Source of the DNA: the human T2T-CHM13v2.0 reference genome, Homo sapiens
Assembly: GCF_009914755.1 (NCBI RefSeq)
Contig: NC_060939.1
DNA length: 64,000 nt
Strand: one strand, 5' to 3'
Positions within the stretch are counted from its first letter, which is position 1; every line of letters starts with the position of its first letter. Position numbers and translations under genes: made by a program. Of this stretch, positions 55,591 through 64,000 are shown in pieces. The notes beneath the pieces were generated by a model that was given only the letters and a program-made list of their open reading frames with translations, searched no databases and was not told where the DNA came from.

Positions 55591-56156
55591 CTCTTACAGT
55601 AACTGATGTATATAGTAGGTGCTTAACTAAACGGGACTCACGTTTTCACTTTCTTCAATATCCTCTCTATGTGTTAAGCCATCTCCCTTTTTTCTCTACT
55701 CTTTTATTCATAAGTATGAATGATTATCCTAAGAAAGCCCCAGGGGCTCATGAAGTCCTACAGTTAACTAAATTCAGCATTTAGTAAGCTCAAATATGTT
55801 CCTAGGTAGCAACAGGACAGTCAACCAAAAACCCCAAGCTCAGGGGAAACTAGATTTTTAGTAGTACCCATGAACCCCATTTATAGCTTCACTACTACTC
55901 AAGGGATCCCAAAATCTGGCATAACATTTTGGTTTGTAATAGTCAACAACACTGAAACTCATAATCACCAACAGTAGAACATCTGCTTGCCTAGTCTGTC
56001 TTCTATAAATTAGAATTTTAAAACTGTTATTGTCAACATTGATTACAAATGAAGATATAGGAAAGTCAGGAGTTAGGAAAGTTGATTCCCTGGGTCACTG
56101 CGGGTGGACTAGAATTTTCTGTTATCCACAATGAACAAAAGTTACCGCTACCCCCA

Positions 56157-56395
56157 GCTTTTTATTTTGGAAATGTTCAAGTCTATGAAAGTCGTGAAAG
56201 ATTAGTACAATGAACACCTAAATACCTAGCAGCTGGATTCACCGATGATTAATATTTTGCTGAATCATGTGAAAGTAAGCTGCAGATATCAAATTCTGCT
56301 CATCTAAACGCTTCACAGAGCATCTCTTCAAGTGCAGAGGCATTCACTACATCAAGTAGTTATCCCACCCAAGAAAGTTAACATTGATTGAAAAT
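56157..56395 (-). mobile_element. L1MC-type 3' end
   Basis: TTTTTATTTTGGAAATGTTCAAG...AGTACAATGAACACC...GAAAGTAAGCTGCAGATATC. Confidence 0.65.
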
Positions 56396-56539
56396 GCCTT
56401 CCAACTGCATTTTTAAACCACATCTTGTGTGTGCTTGCCCTGGGGCATTTTACTCTTGGAGAATTCTGCTTTATTAACTCTGATGATGGGTGCTCAGAAT
56501 CCCACCCCTTAACAGAAACAGAAGGGCAGGGAATTCAGA

Positions 56540-56755
56540 GGAAAGAACAGTCTTTGAAGGTGCATAAACTTTGATTTGAATTCTAGCTTTGCCATATGGT
56601 ATCCATGAACTTGACCAAATTTAACCACAACTAGCCTCCCATAATAAAAGACAGGGATAAGAACACCTATGTCATTTGACTGCTAGGAGATTACATGAGA
56701 CAAGGGATAAAAAGAGGCTGACCCATCGTTGATCCTCAATAAATATTGGTTATTT
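56540..56755 (+). mobile_element. MIR
   Basis: GATTTGAATTCTAGCTTTGCCA...CTCAATAAATATTGGTTATT. Confidence 0.7.
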
Positions 56756-56937
56756 TCTTATGTGGTCCATACCAACAACAACAAAAAATGACCACACCTT
56801 GGAATTTTCATAGAAAAAGATATCGAAAAGACAAAGGCAAAAACAGAAAAAAAAAAAAACCAAACAACAACAATAAAGCAAACTCTTCTTGAAGTTTCAG
56901 ACAGATCACAGGAAAGGGGCTGAATGAGAGAAAATAC

Positions 56938-56970
56938 CTGGGACTTCTCCATTGACATTCTCCAGCTTGT
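56938..56970 (-). other. Candidate 33-nt microexon
   Basis: ttgctgtcattttgtttcag|ACAAGCTGGAGAATGTCAATGGAGAAGTCCCAG|gtattt, open in all three frames. Confidence 0.25.
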
Positions 56971-57041
56971 CTGAAACAAAATGACAGCAATTGTGTCGGA
57001 TCTCCCCAGTTGGAGAATGTGTCAGGATTTTAGGAATAACT

Positions 57042-57110
57042 ACATATATATATATATATATTTATATATATTTATAACTATATATTTATATATATTTTTA
57101 CATATATATT
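57042..57110. repeat. (TA)n tract
   Basis: TA repeats. Confidence 0.92.
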
Positions 57111-57143
57111 TGTTTATTTTCCTTAAGGAGTTTATCTAAATTT

Positions 57144-57617
57144 TTTAAACTTTTATTTTAGGTTCAGGGTACATGTATAGGTTTGTTACATAGGTAAACT
57201 CGTGTGTGTCATGGAGGTATGTTGTACAGATTATTTTCTCACCCAGGTACCAAGTCTAGTACCCAATAGTTATTTTTTCTAATCCTCTCTCTTCTCCCAC
57301 CCTCCATCGCCCAGTAGGCCTCAGTGTCTGTCGTTCCCCTCTTTGTATCCGGGAGTTCTCAACTTTTAGCTGCCGTTTATAAGTGAGAACACGTAGTATT
57401 TGGTTTTCTGTTCCTGCATTCGTTTTTTTAAGGATGATGACCTCCAGCTCTACCATGTTCCTGCAAAGGACACGGTCTCATTCTTTTTTATGCCTGCATG
57501 GTATTCCATGGTGTATATGTACCACATTTTCTTTATCCAGTCTACCATTGATGGGTGTTTAGGTTGATTCCATGTCTTTGCTATTGTGGATAGTGCCACA
57601 ATGACCATATGTGTGCG
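57144..57617 (-). mobile_element. 5'-truncated L1PA (roughly L1PA10-13) 3' end
   Basis: GGTACATGTATAGGTTTGTTACATAGGTAAAC...GTATTCCATGGTGTATATGTACCACATTTTCTTTATCCAGTC. TSD TCTAAATTT at 57135 and 57618, followed by AA. Confidence 0.93.
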
Positions 57618-58339
57618 TCTAAATTTAATAAAACATTAATAATGTAAGTAGTGGTGGTAGAAATTAGCAAGAAAACCTACCTTCTACCTATTCTATTTCA
57701 ATCTGAATCTTGCCAGACAACAGAACGAGCTCCAGCTTAGGTACAGTGTTTTATTGATGTCTCTAAAAATCCCAGTTTGTTAAAAAGTATCAGGCCTACA
57801 TCCTGAGGTGAGTAACCAAAAAGAAAAAGGCATCAGTAAAGGGGTTCACATTTTCTAATGCATTTTCGGGACCAGCCACCATCTAAACACTCCATACATA
57901 TTTTCAGTTAATCCTAATTAGACAACCTGTACACAAAGGAACCACAAATAAGCAAAGTGAAGCTGAGTATTAAGCATTTCTTTTAGAATGCCTTAAAAAA
58001 CACAATGTCGAGAATTCATCTTTAAGCTTTTTGAGAAGACTGAGTTATCTATTTCTTCCTTCTTCCTTTGTTTAAATACATTAGGTTCATTAGAGGAGTT
58101 ATAAGATGTTAGGTTTTATATGGGCACAAGAAGTAATTGAAGCCAGTGGTAATGCCTAATGTTGTTTTAATTAAGTCCTCAATTAAGAATTTTAAAAGTT
58201 CCCACCTCAGGTCTCTCTGTGGTTAGGTACCTGACCTTGGGCAATCTTTTCCCACATAACAGGGACCCTATTCTTTTAAATAAAAATGTATATTGAATAA
58301 GGAACTGAAGTAGTAGCATAGTTTTAAGTAGATAATAGC

Positions 58340-58830
58340 TGATACGGACTTTTTTCCCCTTTCGGACCACCAGAAAATTAAATATTTTTGCAAGTCAAAA
58401 CAATGCTGCTGTGAGTTTCATCGAGTTTCCATTTCCATGCTGCCTCCAAACTTCCTGATTCCAGCTGGGATCGTGATCAAAAATGCAAAAACATATGTAG
58501 AGAAGTTATTCTTCTGGAACATCTGACCGGAAGCAGGAAATGCAAGATATCTCACGGGACTGCCTGTTATCAAAATATACCCAGTCCAGCAGTGCAAAGA
58601 CAAGAGAAGTTTGCTTGTTCAACACCCAGATAAAGAGGATTATAGAACATTCTGCTATAGATGCAGCACTGGCAAATGATATGGGACAGAAATGCCCCCT
58701 GTAAGTTCTAGTCCCTGACCCACGCTGTATCATTACGTGGTCTTGCAAAGTCCCCCTTAACCTCTGCCTGCCTCATTAAACACGTCTACACAACAGACTT
58801 TTACAATAATAACTTTAAAGCACGTCTCCC
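58340..58830. promoter_or_regulatory. Candidate enhancer (tandem ETS sites)
   Basis: ACCGGAAG and CAGGAAAT at 58526-58541, CAGCTG, three ACGT cores, about 10 CpGs. Confidence 0.3.
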
Positions 58831-59304
58831 TTAACAAATCTTGTAAATGGGAAAATCCTATTATTATCCATGGATAAAATGGAGATTTATACTCATAGTA
58901 ACTGCTAAAGGTTACCATACACTCCATCCCAATGCTCAAAAAGCAAACTGATTTTGCTATTTGAATTTAAAATTACACATTTTGTTTTTCCTGTAAGTCT
59001 TGAAAATATTTACTTGAGCTTTTCCAATAAAATCAAATTTCATGAAAACATGTATTTTAATTACATGGTAACTAAGTTTTATTCTCTTTTTTAAAAATAG
59101 AAGAAATTGAAGGGAAATATTCTTCAAGAATTCTAGCCAGGTATTCTAAACCCATCCATCATAAAATCATTGGCACACAGCAGGCAACTGGAAAAAGGAT
59201 ACCTTTTAACCTCAACTGGCATAAAAGTGTGTATTTATTTTTAAGAAGTGAAATATAAACAGACATGCTGAGAGTCAAGTGTTTTATGAATTAAAAAAAG
59301 ATTT

Positions 59305-59358
59305 CACACACACACACACACAAACACACACAAACACACACACATACACACACACACA
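59305..59358. repeat. Interrupted (CA)n microsatellite
   Basis: CA run with CAAA/CATA interruptions. Confidence 0.95.
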
Positions 59359-60099
59359 TTTACATATAAAACTTTCCCCAGTGGGCCACAGAGGATTTAT
59401 GTGGATGTGAACTCTATTTACTGTTAGTATTAAGGAAATAGTGGCTTTTTAACAAGTTACTCATGCCTGGAAAAAATCCCAGTTTTGCAAGTTATCCAAG
59501 ATTCTTTGCCAACTGTCCGTGGGAATCACTGGGATGGGAAAAGTTCAAATTTGTTTTAAAAGAATTTGCTTAATGGAAAATTTAAAAAAAAAGTAGAAGA
59601 AAACCAGTAACCCACTGTGCTAATCTTTTGGTTAAATAAGAATAAAATATGGTCTAGTTACTTTATTTTTCTTCAGTATTATTTTAAGAAAAGGAAAAAA
59701 AACAAAAATTTTCCATTTTTATGTTATCTCATAAAATCACATTTACGACTTTATTTCAGTTATCCAAGGGTCTGATGACTTGCTGGCTTTGATTAGCCTA
59801 AGATTATACCAAAAGGGGCCTGGGGACTCTGGTCAGAGGCATTAAATCAGATGACTTGACATGGCTTATCTTATGTCATTTTCTTTAAGATTTTTTTTTT
59901 CTGTTCCAATCAAACAGCACAGTCTAGTTACATTATTGCTGTCAATTTCAAAACTACAAAACACTAAAAAAGCCAACATTAAAAGTTGTGTCATTTACAA
60001 TTAGAAAACAGGAATAATTGTATCTTTTCTGGAACTTAAAAGGTGCCCAGCAGTGTTCCAAGTTCTTTTATATACATTAATGCCTTTCAAGTTTCCTTC

Positions 60100-60260
60100 C
60101 AACCTTACGGTTTTACTCTCCTTTCACAGGTGTGGAAACTGAGGCTCAGGGAGGTTAAATAACTTCCCCATGCCACACAAACAGTAAATGGCGAAGCTAG
60201 GGCAGAAACCCAGGTGATCAGGTTCCAGAGTGCTTGCTTTAACCTCGTAAATTATACCGC
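60100..60260 (-). mobile_element. MIR
   Basis: TTTCACAGGTGTGGAAACTGAGGCTCAGGGAGGTTAAATAACTTCCCC...GAAACCCAGG. Confidence 0.88.
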
Positions 60261-61599
60261 TTCTGAGAAAATATAATGCACAATTTTTTTAACCAAGAGA
60301 TTTTATTAGAACATATCACAAGTTAATGTGATTTTAATTTGCTATGACAGAACCCATATTTATAGAGTAAGAAATGATAAAATGGAAACTTTGCTTTTCC
60401 ACTTATGATACAAGAGATGTGAAATAGATTCTCTTGCAGCCATCCATGCAATGGGTGTGCTTGTTCTAGTTTTATTCTGCAAAAAGACCCTTGGGCAGAA
60501 GCATCAAATATAACTGGGCTCATATAGACAGACAGTTCTCAACTAAATAAACAAACAAAGAAACCCTTCTTCCTCCCCCCAAAAAATCATAGTTTCCTGT
60601 CCAGAAAAGCAAAATGGTAAAAGGAAAAATTCTACATATTTTCTATTTCAAAAATAGTGTTAAGAAAGGTGGCTCTCCTGGGTAGACATTTGATTAAAAA
60701 GAGTTTTCCACTCTCTTAATATTTATATTTTTCAAAGATACGGTTGAGCATATTCTAGAGATTCTGCCCATCATTTATTTATAGCATTCATACTCTTAGA
60801 AAGAAATAGTGCTTAGGGTTCTTTTTTTCTGTGCATTTATATTCTTTGATTTTTTCAGAATTTAATATCTAGGTGATTGCTTTTACTTGGCACGATTGGG
60901 AAACACTGCCAGTCCAGATCTAAATATTTTCACATACAATAATAACAACAAAACTGTACTCTGCTGAGCTCTGCTGATTTATAGAGCTTCAAAAAATGGG
61001 TTTCAGATGTGATTTTGCCAAGTTGTAAACCAAGAAGTCTTAATTTAAATTTTTCCTGACAGGAAGCTAATTCTTCATCTGAGATAAAGTATTTTAGTAT
61101 TTTCACACACATAAAATAAGGTTTATAAATTGCATTCAAGCTGGTATTATTCGCACTATGGCTTTTTTAATACCTTGATATGCAACATAAGTGTACAATA
61201 TTTTCACTGGGTAGAGTCCCATTGGAATGACTAAGACAAGGTTTATGCTACTGATTCTAGTTATAATTTTTACAGTAAAAATACTAGTCAGCATTATTTT
61301 ATATGATTCGGTTGAAATTTACATACACTTGAGAGTTGAGATTGCAACTTAAGTTATAAAAGAAAGCCTAAGTTTCTAATTAATATCCATGAACTTCTCT
61401 AAGAACCATACTATTAATGGAAGTAATAACCATGTACACATATTTTTGAAAATTAAAATTAACAATATTGTCTTCACAAGTCACAGAAGAATGTCTTGTA
61501 TGCCATGATTATTTTGCATTTTGCCATTAAAATATGCATAATAAAGGTGGCATTTCAAATCCAATTTTGAAAAATTGAATTATTCACCAAATCCTGTTT

Positions 61600-62685
61600 T
61601 ACTGGCTATCACTGGGCAAAAAATAAAGTTAGATTCCTTCTTTACATAATTTACCAAAATAAACTCCAGAGATATTAAAATTTAACTAAAAAGAAGAAAA
61701 AGCAAAGAAAAAATAAGTGAATAATTATTTTCACTCAGTGAACATGTCTCAGCACATAGTAAGCTTTCAATAAATGATAGTTATAATTATTGCAAGAGTA
61801 AATTCTTTATAAGCAGAAAACCAAAGGAACAATGATTGATAGATTTCACTACACTAGCAAAACAAATTTTGAAGTAAAAGATCACTGTAAGAAAATGTAA
61901 GGCAAATAAAAACCTAGGTACAGTGTTCAAAATATTTGACCTACCAAAAGATAATATCCTTTATAAATAAAATGGTCTTACAATTTAATAAGAAAATGAT
62001 CAGCACTTGGTCAGTACAAGTCCTGGTCAGTACTCGGCAAGTACTCAGTCAGTACATTTATGAATATAGATAAAATTTCATAAGTCAAAAAAAGGCAAAC
62101 TAATTTGTTACAATTTCTACTTTTTCAGATTGGCGTTAGTGTAAGACAGTGAAGTTTTGTGTGTGGTGATACAAAGCGATAGAAGCTTTTCAGAGCACAA
62201 CATGCTTTAACCTAGAAATTTCACTGTTAGGAATTTCTATATTTAGGAATATCCTATGGAAAAAAAATGGGGGGTATTCACTAAAACAGAGGTCCAAGAA
62301 TGATCATTGCAATAGTATGTATAACAGCAAAAGTTTGAAAGCAACTTAGTTTTACAGAAATATTAGATTACATGCAGAAAATACAGAAAGCACACAATGA
62401 AGTATTATCTAAATAAAAATATCTAGAAATAAATGACATAAAAACTTATTCACATAAAATGTAAACTGAAAGATCTAGTTGCAAAACAATATGAACACGA
62501 TTTTATGTACAGGTGTATAGGTGTGTGTAGGAGAAGATAATCCCTCCTCTAACCACACAGAAATAAGTACGAGAAACAAAGTAGAATGGCTGAATTGTCT
62601 TCCTCTTCTTTCTCCTTTGTTCTTTCATGTTTCTGCACTTTCAATTTTTCCTCAATTGATCATATATTGCCTTTGTGATTTTAAT
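61600..62685 (+). mobile_element. Old L1ME ORF2 end / 3' UTR remnant
   Basis: AAAATAAAGTTAGATTCCTTCTTTACAT...AAAGATAATATCCTTTATAAATAAA...CTTTAACCTAGAAATTTCACTGTTAGGAATTT. Confidence 0.7.
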
Positions 62686-63336
62686 GCAAGATCTTGAGGC
62701 TATTGCTTTATTAACTCAGAGTTTAAAACACTCCCCAATTGTTTACTATTTTATAAAAACAAGTACCTGAATACTTTGAAAACTCAACAGGTATGAAAAG
62801 TTTTAATTACATTAAGAGTCAGAGTCTTACAAAAACTTTATATTACATGAATTAACAATTTAAGACACATGAAGGTGGAAATCCAGGAGTCTACCCTCAG
62901 TCCTCTTGCTTCTCTGCTCTTAGAAATTAGAAGCCAATGGTATTTTTAATGTTGAAAGCGACATGTTTATGGAAACCCAGGGTAACCATTAAGTTATCAA
63001 CTACTACTTTTTTGTGTTTTCTTTAGAGGGTCACAGTATTATTTTAACCAAGGTTAGCTGGGTTTTTGTTTTTGTTTTTAGTATTTTGTTCCTGGTCTTA
63101 CTTTGTTGATGTGGAAAGTAATTTAAACTTTATGGCCCATTTGAAACAAGATTATTTATATCTGTGTGGCAATGTCTGCGTGTGCATGTAATTTATACGC
63201 CACTGCTATTGCTTCTCAAATTCCTCCTACTTGTTGGATTTATTTCCATTGTAAGCTTGTTATTTTTCACTTTAGTTAGTTAGAAATTAGAAAGTCGGAA
63301 GAAAAGTTTCCTTAACCAAGGATGCACAATTGTTTT

Positions 63337-63356
63337 GTGTGTGTGTGTGTGTGTGT
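63337..63356. repeat. (GT)n microsatellite
   Basis: About 10 GT units. Confidence 0.95.
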
Positions 63357-64000
63357 ACTAGTTTCCTGCTTGACTTTTCTCTTTTTGTTTAGTGTTTGAA
63401 ACTTAGCTTTTCTTAGGTGAGAACTGAAAACTCCAGAGTGAGTATTATGATGTTAAAGATGGCTTTAATTCATCTACTTAAACATTAGTTTAGAAAATTA
63501 TGCCAAGAATATTATGATGGAGAATACACCAGCAAAATTTTCCTTTGAAAAATTATCTATTTAATCAACAAGACAGCAGAATATTTATAAATCAAATTGG
63601 GGCTTTATATCTTTAGTACAAATGAGAAGTCCTTCATATTAATTTTAATTCCAGAACTTTGAGTTCTACGATTCTAACTTATCATACTACAACATAGAGA
63701 CATTTTCCCTCAGGAGTTAAAATGTCATGCTTAAATAGAGTCATATTTCCAAACATAAGAGCATTAAAGATGGCCTGATACTATATTTGAGAAAAGAGAG
63801 GTTTGTGATGAAATGTTCACTGTGGTCACTGCATTTTTCGATGCTTCCTGACAAAATTGTTTGTCATTTCCTTTGAGCTGGTATGTGTAATCATGAACCA
63901 TTTTTTAAATGTTTTCTATTTTTGGTGTCTGTCATTATAGAGCATGGTTGTCTGAGGAAGAAATTTAACTGAGCCTCTAGGCCTTTAGGGATGCGCACCA

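Noticed and set aside
58540-58706. Short ATG ORF (MQDISRDCLL...) ending at CT|GTAAGT
   Set aside because: Under 60 aa, no recognisable homology and no supporting promoter evidence.

Overview
This is AT-rich primate (human-like) nuclear DNA, not prokaryotic. I found no recognisable protein-coding exon, RNA gene, CpG island or CRISPR array. The supplied ORFs come from Alu, Tigger1, L1 or microsatellites, or look like chance frames. The window reads as the interior of a very long intron or a gene-poor regulatory region. It holds nine Alus (eight on the minus strand), a near-full-length Tigger1, several MITEs (MER8, MER44, Tigger2a, Tigger3, MER58B, MER53, half-MADE1), ERVL/MaLR solo LTRs, old L1, L2 and MIR fragments, microsatellites and a few CpG-retaining enhancer-like patches. 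The most interesting non-repeat signals are splice-type motifs on the minus strand: a candidate recursive (zero-length exon) site, polypyrimidine-CAG|GTAAGC at 6597/6596; a frame-preserving 33-nt microexon candidate at 56938-56970; and a MIR-derived pseudo-exon at 38946-39002. Such motifs also occur by chance in 64 kb, so all need RNA and conservation evidence. I could not identify the host gene. Repeat subfamily names are recalled from consensus sequences by eye, and boundaries of old repeats are approximate.
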